This document shows positions 39,847 through 48,995 of a DNA stretch of 64,000 bases, piece after piece. Within the stretch, counting starts at the first letter, position 1. Each line of letters starts with the position of its first letter. The notes under the pieces are model-generated. The model had not been told where the DNA came from and searched no databases. It saw only the letters and a program-made list of their open reading frames with translations. Source of the DNA: Gemmatimonadota bacterium (lineage in GTDB: Bacteria > Gemmatimonadota > Gemmatimonadetes > Palauibacterales > KS3-K002). The translations under genes were made by a program, and so were the position numbers. The DNA is taken from contig JBDHJS010000003.1 in NCBI GenBank assembly GCA_039586795.1, forward strand, positions 16,358 to 80,357. Reading direction: 5' to 3'.

Positions 39847-40377
39847 ATGCAGCGAAAGACCACAAGGATCCTGATCATCGCGGCGCTGGTCATGCTGGCC
39901 GCCTGGCGGCTACCACGCAGCCCCGAGCCGCCGCCGGCACCGGAGACCCGCCCGGAGTTCCCGAGCTTCAGTCTCGAGACGTTCGACGGCGCGCTGGTGA
40001 CACAGGAGGAGCTGGCGGGCAAGGTTACGCTCGTGACGTTCTGGGCGAGCTGGTGCCCCGCCTGCCGGGCCGAACTGCCGCTGCTCGACAGCCTGAACAA
40101 CGCCGTCGACCATCCGGACTTTGTGGTTATCGGTATCAACGAGGATCGGCATGAAGCCCCGGCACGCTTCCTTGCGGAGCAGTTAGGGCTGGAGATGAAG
40201 CAGCTACTTGGCCGCGGATACCAACAGGCGCGCTACGGCTACTGGGGACTGCCGTATACGGTTCTGCTGGATCGTGAGCGTCGGATTGTGGGCACCTGGT
40301 ACGGTTACCCGGGACGGCGCGGCTTTGACGAGAAGATCGCCGGTCTGGTCCAAACAGTATTGGATGAAGAAGGTTAG
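39847..40377 (+). CDS. TlpA-family thiol:disulfide oxidoreductase (thioredoxin fold)
   Basis: N-terminal TM/signal and redox motif WASWCPACRAE (CxxC). Confidence 0.8.
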   Translation: MQRKTTRILIIAALVMLAAWRLPRSPEPPPAPETRPEFPSFSLETFDGALVTQEELAGKVTLVTFWASWCPACRAELPLLDSLNNAVDHPDFVVIGINEDRHEAPARFLAEQLGLEMKQLLGRGYQQARYGYWGLPYTVLLDRERRIVGTWYGYPGRRGFDEKIAGLVQTVLDEEG

Positions 40378-40613
40378 GCGTTGACTTCGCCGTCCGGCGC
40401 ACCCAGGCTCTTGTCTCCCAAGCGGGGACGCAGAGCCGGGTAGCCCTTCCCACCGCAGTGTACGCACGCTTCCACCAAGGACCAAAGCAGACCGTCACAA
40501 AGAGCGCACTGCGACTTTTCCCCTGCATCGGCGCGGTCATCGGTAGGCGCTCCACAGGCCTTGCAGGATGCAGCCTCAGCGCCCAGCGGCGCGCCGCAGA
40601 TCGAGCAATCCAT
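40374..40613 (-). CDS. Small double zinc-ribbon protein (79 aa)
   Basis: Start at 40613 preceded by AGGAG. Four CxxC pairs (CSIC, CKAC, CALC, CVHC). The longer ORF to 40691 is probably a spurious extension. Confidence 0.45.
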   Translation of the reverse strand: MDCSICGAPLGAEAASCKACGAPTDDRADAGEKSQCALCDGLLWSLVEACVHCGGKGYPALRPRLGDKSLGAPDGEVNA

Positions 40614-40796
40614 CGTGAATCTCCTGTTCCCGCAATTACTTACGGACACTGAGGTGTCCAAACAACGCGACAATCGCCCTTGCCCCGCCACCTGAGTCTC
40701 GTTTACCTTCCGGCCTCAATAATCCTCGGAGTGGAGGGTCCCAAGCGACCCAGCGACAATATAACGACTGCTCCGGGCTTCGCTCGTAGGGGATAA

Positions 40797-41504
40797 GTGA
40801 ACGATTCAGCCACCGTGGCCGCAAAGCCGTTCCCGGAGAAGGAGTACGACCGGCTACCCTGGCACGTGTACGTGTTGGGCGGCGTGATCATCCTGATCGG
40901 GATCGCGACGTTCATACTCATGTCGATAGAGGGCGAACGGAAGGACGGATATCTCTACCTGTTCTTCTACTCCATCCCGGCAAACACGGCGATCTCTGTA
41001 TTCCCTCACGAACCGATTCTGATCTACTACGGCAAGTTCGCCAACTTGTGGATCACTTCGCTAGCCGCAACAGGAGGCACGATCGTAGCCGGCTGGCTCG
41101 ACCACCGGGTATTCGTACCGGTCCTCAACTACAGCAAGATCACGGGATACAAGCAGAGCAGGTTCTACAAGAAGATGACGGACATGTTCATGAAGTATCC
41201 CTTCGCGACGCTTCTAGTGACCGGGGCTACGCCAATACCTTTCTGGCCCTTCAAGCTGTTGGTGTTCTCTATACACTACCCGTTGTGGAAGTACCTGACG
41301 GCGCTGGTCATAGCACGATTCCCAAGGTACCTGTTCCTCGCGTGGGCCGGCTCGATCTTCAATATTCCCAACTGGGTGTTGATCGGGATCGTCATACTTA
41401 TCTTCTCGACCTACGCTGTGCGGGGCATCCCTGAGTTGTGGCGCCGAATCAAGGAGTCGCGGCGACGCAAAGAGGAAGGCGCTGAGAACACGTATCGAGT
41501 CTAG
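40797..41504 (+). CDS. VTT-domain (DedA/YqaA/TVP38-like) membrane protein
   Basis: Polytopic. The central region (FPHEPILIYYGKF...) resembles the VTT/SNARE-associated domain. Local GC is clearly lower than the flanks. Confidence 0.5.
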   Translation: MNDSATVAAKPFPEKEYDRLPWHVYVLGGVIILIGIATFILMSIEGERKDGYLYLFFYSIPANTAISVFPHEPILIYYGKFANLWITSLAATGGTIVAGWLDHRVFVPVLNYSKITGYKQSRFYKKMTDMFMKYPFATLLVTGATPIPFWPFKLLVFSIHYPLWKYLTALVIARFPRYLFLAWAGSIFNIPNWVLIGIVILIFSTYAVRGIPELWRRIKESRRRKEEGAENTYRV

Positions 41505-41570
41505 AGGTTGGATGACGCGATTTCAAAGTCGCGGCGTACGTAACAATGGGGACTGAAAGGTTACTACTGG

Positions 41571-42659
41571 ATGAACGTATCCGGGAAGATGGCTCTGAAG
41601 ATGCTCGCCCGGGGCATCCGGAACAAATACGCCCAGAAACCGATCTCGATATCGTTCGAGATCACCCATTACTGCACGGCCAACTGCTGGCACTGCAATT
41701 GGGGAGGGCCGGTAAAGGACGAGAATCGCCTCCAGGCAGAGGATTACGCCGCGATCTGCCGCGAATTGAATCCTGTGGTCTCACACATCTCGGGCGGCGA
41801 GCCGCTGGCTCGAAGCGACGTGGTCGAGATCACGCGAGCGATGGCCAATCCCGGCGACCTGCCCTTCATGGTTTTGGTTTCCAATGCCGCGGCCCTCACC
41901 GTCGATAAGTACCACAAGCTGCGGGACGCGGGTATCCACCAGTTCTCTATCTCCCTCGACTTCCCGGATGAGCGGCACAGCGACTTCCGCCGCATCCCCG
42001 GTCTGTTCGAAAAAATGAACGAGCGGATTCCGGAGATCACGGCGCTGGGAAACAACGACCTGTCGCTCAACGTCTGTATCACGGCGTGGAACTACAAAGA
42101 CCTGGCCGACATGGTGAAGCTGGCCAGGAAGTGGAACACCAAGATCAACTTCTCGGTCTACACCCCGTTGCGCATTAATGACGAGCAGGGATTACCGGCT
42201 GAGGAGAAGCTGCATGAAGTACGGCAGTCGTTCCAAACGCTAATCGATATGAAGAAGGCCGGTTGGCCGGTCTATTCGTCGGAACGGGTGTTGTGGAAGT
42301 ACTTCCAGTTCTTTACTGACCGGGGGATACCCGGATGCCAGGCGGGTCGCCGCTTCCTAGTCATCAATCCTGACGGGATGCTCACTCCATGCGCGATGGT
42401 CTGGGCGAAGTACAAGACACAACGCGAGATGTTGGGAAACTTCACGTCCATCAACACGTGCCAGGAATGCTATATCTCGACCCGCGCCAACACGGAGAAG
42501 AAGCTGAGTGACTTCATCTCCGACAACTGGGGCATGATGATGAAGCAGCTCTTCTCCCGTAAGCCGGCTCTTCCTTCCCCAGGCGACGACGCGGTGGAAT
42601 TGCCCTCCCCGGAGGACGCTGAAGCCAGGCCCGAGCGTCACCGGGCAGCCGCACAGTAG
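41571..42659 (+). CDS. Radical SAM protein with C-terminal SPASM/twitch-type auxiliary cluster domain
   Basis: CxxxCxxC motif CTANCWHC right after ISFEITHY. C-terminal motif GCQAGRRFLVINPDGMLTPC...CQEC matches the CxAG...I.pDG.v.PC SPASM/twitch pattern. Confidence 0.75.
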   Translation: MNVSGKMALKMLARGIRNKYAQKPISISFEITHYCTANCWHCNWGGPVKDENRLQAEDYAAICRELNPVVSHISGGEPLARSDVVEITRAMANPGDLPFMVLVSNAAALTVDKYHKLRDAGIHQFSISLDFPDERHSDFRRIPGLFEKMNERIPEITALGNNDLSLNVCITAWNYKDLADMVKLARKWNTKINFSVYTPLRINDEQGLPAEEKLHEVRQSFQTLIDMKKAGWPVYSSERVLWKYFQFFTDRGIPGCQAGRRFLVINPDGMLTPCAMVWAKYKTQREMLGNFTSINTCQECYISTRANTEKKLSDFISDNWGMMMKQLFSRKPALPSPGDDAVELPSPEDAEARPERHRAAAQ

Positions 42660-42980
42660 ACCATAGGCCGGCGGAACCCGGCCAGCCGACGAATCGGCTC
42701 AATTTGGCCGCGCCTCGAGGCACAGAAACCGCGGCCAGATCCATTTCGGCGCCCCACACTGGCCGCGGCCGCTCGTTGCGCCGGCGCGACAGGGCCGCGA
42801 CACCGCACGCTACTCCCACCCCGACTGTAGCCAATATCCCGCAAGAACAGGGCACCGCAGCCGGGATTGCGCATGAATTAGGGGTTTTTGGGGCCCCGTG
42901 TTGTGCACGCCTCTTGCTACCACCCGTAGAAGTGAAGCCCGCAAAAGACTGACGCTGTAAGGCAGAAGCCAAAACAGGAC

Positions 42981-44000
42981 GTGGATATGGTGGGATTAGA
43001 GCCGAATCGTCCGCCACTGGTGCTGGTAGCGAATGATGAGGAATGGTGGGCCCGATCGCTGGAGAGCCTGCTGTCGCCTGGAGGATATGCCATCCTCCGC
43101 GCCTATACGGGCAGACAGACTCTGGAGCGGGCACACGAGGTGGGGCCCGACCTGATTATCCTTGACGCGAGCCTACCCGACATACCCGGCATCGAGCTGT
43201 GCCGACGGCTGCGCAGCGACCGTCGAGTCAGTAGCGCGACGCCGATCCTGATCACGACAGCCGGCCGCTGCACCAGGGAAGAGCGACTGGAGGCGCTGAG
43301 CGCGGGCGCATGGGACTTCATCGGTCTGCCGTTGGACGCCGATGACCTGATCTTGAGGCTCAACGCTTACATGCGGGCCAAGCTGGAAGCCGAGCGTACG
43401 AAAGAGGAAGGTCTCATCGACCCCCTCACCGGCCTGTACAACCTACAGGGCCTGAGGCGTCGAGCCCGCGAACTGGGCACAGATGCTTATCGGCACGGCC
43501 GGGCGTTGGCCTGCGTTGCCCTGGCCTTGAGGATAGAAGATCCCTCCAACTCTGACAGCTCCGATGTCTTCTGGGACGCGATAGACAGGGCTGGCACCGT
43601 GCTACGCGACTCGGGTCGCATCTCCGACGCCATAGGTCGGATCCGTGATGGCGAGTTCGTGATCATCGCACCGGAGACGGACGACACCGGCGCGCACCAG
43701 CTGGCGCAGCGGTTGTCGACCGAGGTCGAAGAGATCATGGCCGTCGGTGAGAGTATGCCTCCCGTTCAGGTGCTCGCGGGATACAGTGCCGTACCCAACC
43801 TTCAATCCGCCGGCGTTCGGCCGAGCGCCATATTGGCAAACGCGAAGATGGCGCTGAGCCGCTTGCAGGCACAGCCCGGCGGATCGGGAGTCCTCCGGTA
43901 CGAAGGAGACTACGACGACAGTGATCTGGATGATGGCGGAGATCTGGGGCAGAGCCTGGCTGACATAACTGTGGAGCCACAGCGTCACGCTACGCACTGA
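42981..44000 (+). CDS. Response regulator: receiver domain + degenerate GGDEF domain
   Basis: Receiver (LIILDAS...); GGDEF fold starting DPLTGLYN, with the active-site GG(D/E)EF replaced by RDGEF. Paralog of 52421..53347. Confidence 0.7.
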   Translation: MDMVGLEPNRPPLVLVANDEEWWARSLESLLSPGGYAILRAYTGRQTLERAHEVGPDLIILDASLPDIPGIELCRRLRSDRRVSSATPILITTAGRCTREERLEALSAGAWDFIGLPLDADDLILRLNAYMRAKLEAERTKEEGLIDPLTGLYNLQGLRRRARELGTDAYRHGRALACVALALRIEDPSNSDSSDVFWDAIDRAGTVLRDSGRISDAIGRIRDGEFVIIAPETDDTGAHQLAQRLSTEVEEIMAVGESMPPVQVLAGYSAVPNLQSAGVRPSAILANAKMALSRLQAQPGGSGVLRYEGDYDDSDLDDGGDLGQSLADITVEPQRHATH

Positions 44001-44027
44001 CAGAAGGCTGGACTTGCTGTTAGGGAA

Positions 44028-46964
44028 TCACTTCCAGAGACGGACGTGATTTCTACGCTGGTGCTCGCGGAAGGATTCGATGCGAGCGTCGACTCCCGCG
44101 AGATCTTCGTCAATCGCCCTTCCTAAGCGGCCTTCGCCGTTGCCGTTGCCATTCCCACTCCCGTTCCCGTTCCCGTGGCTGTTCCCCTCTTCGTTGCTAT
44201 CAACCTGCCAATCGAGGATTTCGAAGTCGGTGATTTCGAGATCGGCAACTTCCACAGGTTCCACTTCCTGGATGACCGACTCGATTTCCAGATCCAGTAG
44301 TTCATCGAGCCGCGAATACCGAGACGCATTGAAGTCGACCTGAATCTCCGCAGCGATCGGCAACTCACTTCCGTTTCCGTTCCGCTTTCTGTTGCCGCTG
44401 TGAGTGCCGTTACCGTTGTTCCTTCCGTTTCCGTTGCCATCGGGGAGCGTGACCCGTTCCACGCGGTCGACCTCGGTCCGCGGATCGACCTTCGGGGGTT
44501 CAGTCTGCGAGTCGTCGACGGACGCGCCTTCACGGAGGTCGATGCTCCGCTGTATCCGTTTTCCGGGCAGCGCGCGCTTGGCCTCGTCAGGCAGATACAA
44601 GCTAGCGTAAGCCTTACGATGGTAACGATAGACGCCAACGTGTGGAACGTCGTTGAGGATCGCGCCGAGTAGCCGGACCGGCAATCGAGCCAGCGAATCG
44701 AGCCGCCATTCCGTCGCGGACCGATTGGTCGTACCCGTTCGGACGACCAACACCATGTTGCGGGTGAGCGTGCCGAGAGCCAGCGGGTCGGCACAAGCTG
44801 CGAGGGGCGGCGTGTCCACCAGGATCACGTCGTACTCCTTACGCATCTGAGCCAAGAGATAAGTCATGGCCCGAGATTGCAGCAATTCGGGCCCATCCTG
44901 ACGGCGGGTCCCGCTGGCTATTCGAGAGAGTGCCCTGTGACTGGTCGAACGCACGACCTTCTCTAGCGGCGCGTTGCCGGCGAGATAGTCGGTAAGTCCT
45001 GGCTTGCGGCCGCCGCCCAACAGGCGATGCTGGGAACCGCGTCGAACATCGGCGTCGATGATCAGCGTGCGGTACCCCATGCCGGAAAACGCCATTCCCA
45101 AGTTGGCCAGCACGAACGACTTACCATCCTCGGGCTCGGGGCTGGTTACCGACAGGACCACGGGCCCAGCCGTCCCGTGGGCGTGAGCGACGTTGAGGCG
45201 AATGACCCTGAAGGCCTCGACGACCTGTGCTGCCTTGAGGGCGCTCAGCCCGCGGGAGCCGTTGTTCACGTGTGGCACGGAGCCGATGACCGGCACGCCA
45301 AGACCGTCGCTAACTTGCTGAGGGTAACTCAGTCGCGTGTCCAAGAAGTCCAGAAGAATGCCGACGCCCACCGCGATACACAGGCTGGCCATGAGAGCCA
45401 TGAGGATGAACTGCTCTTCCTGGCTCTCATTGATCGGCTGCTGCGGCGGGAAGGCGGCGTCCATGACGCGGACATCTGGAATACTGCTCTCCGCGGCGAG
45501 GTGTGCTTCATCGCGGCGCGCCTGGAGCGTATTGAAGAGATTGGCGGCGATCGCTACCCTGCGCTCCAGCCGCGCCTCACCGATTGCCCGCATCGGAGTC
45601 CTGCGCAACTCATCGGCCGCGGCCACGATCATGCTCTCGAGAATCACTTCCCGATCGGCGAGCGTCCGAGAAAGATCGGCGGCCAGGCGGGGCACCGTCG
45701 ATGTCTCGAGTGATTGGATCTCGCTTCTAAGGTCCCGGACGGCCTGGTGCTCTTCCGTGTAGCGATTGAGCTGCGAGCGCAACTCGGATCGCTTTGACGT
45801 GAGCTCGCCCATCGCCAGAACCAGATCAGAGGATGCTCTCACAGACGGGATGATCTCGAGCCCCTCGATCGAGGGTCCAGATTCCGACGCGTTCCTCAGC
45901 ACACGATCGATTGACCAACGATCGCGTCTCAGCTGTTCACGCTCGATCAGCAAGCTCGAGTAGTTCGAGAAGGCGGACTCGCGTGTCGACTCGACTCCAG
46001 GCGCGACCGGCGTGGCGCGCTGCGCCGGGAGTGTGATGGTCCTGACCCGAAACGACTCGAGCTCACCCTCAGCCTCAAGCAGTTGCTGATGGGCCTGCGA
46101 CAGTTGCTCGTTCAGAATGCGGGTGGATTCGAGGAGCCTTTCACGCTTGAGGTCATGCACGACCTGCACGTAGCGCTGGCTCACCGCGTTGAGCACTTCC
46201 GAGATCTGAACCGGATCCTCGCCCGTCAGGCTGAGGTTGAGGAATGTATGCTCTGAATCGATTTCGGTATTGATGCGCTCGCCGAGACTCCTGGCGACGT
46301 CTCGCAAGCTCTCGACACTGAACTCTATGTCGCCCCCGAGGGCCGACACACGCTCCAGAGTTTCCTGGCCTGTTAGCGGACCGCTCAAGTCGTCGATCGC
46401 GCCCTCATGCACCAGCTTGTCGCCAGCGGCAATCAGCTGGAAACGGCGGCCGTCAGGATCGACGGCGAGTCGGTAATGGCCGGCCGCCAGACCATCATCC
46501 AGCTGGAACTGGGCGAGCAGGTTAGCTTCCTGCGGCGAAGCGGCTCTGAGATACAGGCGCAGGTCGCCGACGACTTCGTCGAGCACCCGGTACGATCGGA
46601 GGAGCTCTACCCATGCGGCACCGGCCTGAAGCAGCTGGCCCGTCTGCACAGGTGCCTGCTCGTTGGCGCGGCTATCGCTAGGCTCGATCCAGATGGTCGT
46701 TTGCGCTTTGTACTGGGGCTTTATCTGGTGAGCCAATGCGAATCCGCTCGCCGAACCCAACACGGCAACCAGCAAGACAACCCAGCGGTAGCGCCACACC
46801 GCGACTATGAATCGACGCCAGTCCAGCGAAGAAGCGAGCGGGAGCTCGTGTGCGGCGCTGCCGTTTGACGGGCGTGCACCATTACCACGACCTGCACCGT
46901 TCCCCTGCGGGGTCGTGTGATGCGGCAGTTTCCTGCCGTTATGGCTGGTGAACGCGCTGGGCAT
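44028..46964 (-). CDS. Polysaccharide co-polymerase/tyrosine autokinase (Wzc/GumC-like BY-kinase), copy 1
   Basis: Wzz-type N-terminal TM plus a periplasmic coiled region. P-loop kinase domain SVTSPEPEDGKSFVLANLGMAF (Walker A), IIDADVRRG. C-terminal Tyr cluster YRYHRKAYASLY. Start chosen at MPSAFTSH by alignment with the paralog; the ORF is open up to 47303. Confidence 0.75.
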   Translation of the reverse strand: MPSAFTSHNGRKLPHHTTPQGNGAGRGNGARPSNGSAAHELPLASSLDWRRFIVAVWRYRWVVLLVAVLGSASGFALAHQIKPQYKAQTTIWIEPSDSRANEQAPVQTGQLLQAGAAWVELLRSYRVLDEVVGDLRLYLRAASPQEANLLAQFQLDDGLAAGHYRLAVDPDGRRFQLIAAGDKLVHEGAIDDLSGPLTGQETLERVSALGGDIEFSVESLRDVARSLGERINTEIDSEHTFLNLSLTGEDPVQISEVLNAVSQRYVQVVHDLKRERLLESTRILNEQLSQAHQQLLEAEGELESFRVRTITLPAQRATPVAPGVESTRESAFSNYSSLLIEREQLRRDRWSIDRVLRNASESGPSIEGLEIIPSVRASSDLVLAMGELTSKRSELRSQLNRYTEEHQAVRDLRSEIQSLETSTVPRLAADLSRTLADREVILESMIVAAADELRRTPMRAIGEARLERRVAIAANLFNTLQARRDEAHLAAESSIPDVRVMDAAFPPQQPINESQEEQFILMALMASLCIAVGVGILLDFLDTRLSYPQQVSDGLGVPVIGSVPHVNNGSRGLSALKAAQVVEAFRVIRLNVAHAHGTAGPVVLSVTSPEPEDGKSFVLANLGMAFSGMGYRTLIIDADVRRGSQHRLLGGGRKPGLTDYLAGNAPLEKVVRSTSHRALSRIASGTRRQDGPELLQSRAMTYLLAQMRKEYDVILVDTPPLAACADPLALGTLTRNMVLVVRTGTTNRSATEWRLDSLARLPVRLLGAILNDVPHVGVYRYHRKAYASLYLPDEAKRALPGKRIQRSIDLREGASVDDSQTEPPKVDPRTEVDRVERVTLPDGNGNGRNNGNGTHSGNRKRNGNGSELPIAAEIQVDFNASRYSRLDELLDLEIESVIQEVEPVEVADLEITDFEILDWQVDSNEEGNSHGNGNGSGNGNGNGEGRLGRAIDEDLAGVDARIESFREHQRRNHVRLWK

Positions 46965-47447
46965 CGTTTCGGTGCCGGATGCCTGGCTGAGGGTTCTGGC
47001 GGGTAACCATTCCATCCAGCAACAGGGATGCCGCTGGGCCGAGTTTTCCACAAAACGCTGAAAGGCGTTGGAAGATAAGGTGTTTGCGGCACTGGCAGGG
47101 GTCGGTGCTGGAAGTGGGAATGTGGTGTGTAGACGCAGCGCTACAGATCGGCCCCGTAGGCGGGATAGGGTGTGGCTTTGGTCCGACCCTCTAGGGAGGA
47201 CCGCGGTCACGTCGGCTTTACTATTGACATTTCTCTCTTTCATCCGTACTGTTGCATTCCCGCTGCTTCTGCGACGTCGGCTCCACAGTTCGCGTCGCTC
47301 CACGTCGGCCCCATCGCCGCAGCAGGTAAGCGGGCCTACGTAGACTTTGGGCCGCCGGTCCCGCCACGGCTGAAGTTCTCAACGGATCTCACAGGACGTT
47401 CTATCGCCACTTCGCGGTGCGCGATCCTGAAACGTGGGAGGCTCCCG

Positions 47448-48983
47448 ATGCCCCGTGCCCTGTCCGGCATACGCTCCGACAGCGTAAGCCCCTTTGTGCC
47501 CGCCGACACCGAGTTTGAAGAGAGAGCAGATTTCGCTGACGCCCCGAGAACGTCGCTGCGTCTCGTCGTGATCGACGATGAACGGACGTTGAGGGAGAGT
47601 TGCGCCAGCATACTGGAAATCGATGGCCACGACGTCACCAAGGTGAGTCGAGGCGACCAGGCCCTGGACCTTCTGCGTCGCCGCAGGTTCGACGTGGCCC
47701 TGATCGATCTCAACATGTCAGAGACCCACGGTCTCGATCTGTTGCGGGCCGGCCTGAAAGCGAACCCTGACATGATCCCGATCATGATCACGGGTAGGCC
47801 AAGCGTGGACTCGAACCTCGAGGCGCTGCAAGCGGGCGCGTGGGATTACCTTCCCAAGCCATTCTCAGCCAGCCAGTTGCAGCTTTTGATCGGGCGCGCC
47901 GCTCACGCGGTGGTATCGTCACGAGAGATCGGCGAGAAGCAGAAACAGCTGGAAGGCGCGCACGACCATGGCGAGCAGGTAACGTTGCTGGGCGTGTCGT
48001 CGGCGTTTACTCGCGTGATAGAAACTGCCCGACAAGTGGCCCGCACCGACGCCTCGGTGTTCATCACGGGTGAGAGTGGAACGGGCAAAGAGCTGATCGC
48101 CCAATTCATCCACCACCACAGTCGGCGCAGCCGGCGAATGCTCGTTCCCCTGAACTGCGCGGCGCTGCCGGAGACGCTTCTGGAGTCGGAGATGTTCGGG
48201 CATTGCAGAGGCTCGTTCACGGGAGCGGACCGCGACAAGCCGGGGTTGTTGGAAGTCGCGGACGGCGGAACGATGTTCTTGGACGAAGTGACGGAGATGT
48301 CGCACGCGACCCAAGCCAAGTTACTTCGTGTTCTTCAGGACGGCGTGCTGCGGCGAGTTGGAAGTACCAAGACCGACGCGGTAGTGAACGTACGGTTCAT
48401 CGCTGCCACGAATCGCGAGCCGGCGCAGGCGGTGGAGGATGGAGATATGCGACAGGATCTCTTCTTCCGCCTCAAGGTCGTACCGATCAGGATACCGCCA
48501 CTCCGTGAGCGGCCGGACGACATACCGGTTCTGGCGAACCACTTCTTGATGCATTACTGGAAAAGGCATCGCGACGTAGGCGCGGAGTTGCCCCGTTTCT
48601 CAACCGGCGCGATGTTGGCCCTGCAGACTCGTGCCTGGCCGGGCAACGTGCGGGAGCTACAGAACGCGATCGAGCACGCAGTCGTGTTCCTCGAGCCCGG
48701 GATGGAGATTACGGCGGCTGACATCCCGTCGATCCAAGGCGCTGAGGAAGCGATGGTTTCTGCCCCGATGGGGTTCCGCGGATTCGACGAGCCTTACCAC
48801 GCCGCGCGCGAACGGCTGACGGCTGAATTCGAGAAACGCTATTTGACCGCAATGGTAAACCGTGCTGGCGGCAATATGTCCGAGGCTGCTCGACTCGCCG
48901 GCATCGACCGTACGACGATCTATCGTTTGATGGAAAAGCACGGACTGGATCGCGAAGAGATCGTTCTGGACTCCGGAATGTAA
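47448..48983 (+). CDS. Sigma-54-dependent response regulator (NtrC/PrsR-like), copy 1
   Basis: Receiver (LVVIDDERTL...D), AAA+ GESGTGKE and GAFTGA-like sigma-54 interaction motif (GSFTGA), C-terminal HTH. Start at 47448 preceded by GGGAGG; the ORF-track start at 47172 is likely an upstream extension. Confidence 0.8.
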   Translation: MPRALSGIRSDSVSPFVPADTEFEERADFADAPRTSLRLVVIDDERTLRESCASILEIDGHDVTKVSRGDQALDLLRRRRFDVALIDLNMSETHGLDLLRAGLKANPDMIPIMITGRPSVDSNLEALQAGAWDYLPKPFSASQLQLLIGRAAHAVVSSREIGEKQKQLEGAHDHGEQVTLLGVSSAFTRVIETARQVARTDASVFITGESGTGKELIAQFIHHHSRRSRRMLVPLNCAALPETLLESEMFGHCRGSFTGADRDKPGLLEVADGGTMFLDEVTEMSHATQAKLLRVLQDGVLRRVGSTKTDAVVNVRFIAATNREPAQAVEDGDMRQDLFFRLKVVPIRIPPLRERPDDIPVLANHFLMHYWKRHRDVGAELPRFSTGAMLALQTRAWPGNVRELQNAIEHAVVFLEPGMEITAADIPSIQGAEEAMVSAPMGFRGFDEPYHAARERLTAEFEKRYLTAMVNRAGGNMSEAARLAGIDRTTIYRLMEKHGLDREEIVLDSGM

Positions 48984-48995
48984 GCGGAAGATCTG

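Noticed and set aside
41546-41908. Alternative-frame 120-aa ORF overlapping the start of the radical SAM gene.
   Set aside because: The 41571 frame carries the CxxxCxxC and SPASM motifs and runs 362 aa; the other frame is Arg/Gly-rich with no motifs.
47172-47447. Upstream extension of the sigma-54 regulator ORF (ORF-track start at 47172), and the analogous extension of Wzc1 to 47303.
   Set aside because: The paralogs start later. Internal ATGs at 47448 (preceded by GGGAGG) and 46964 give N-termini that align with copy 2. The extensions would overlap each other within the divergent promoter region.
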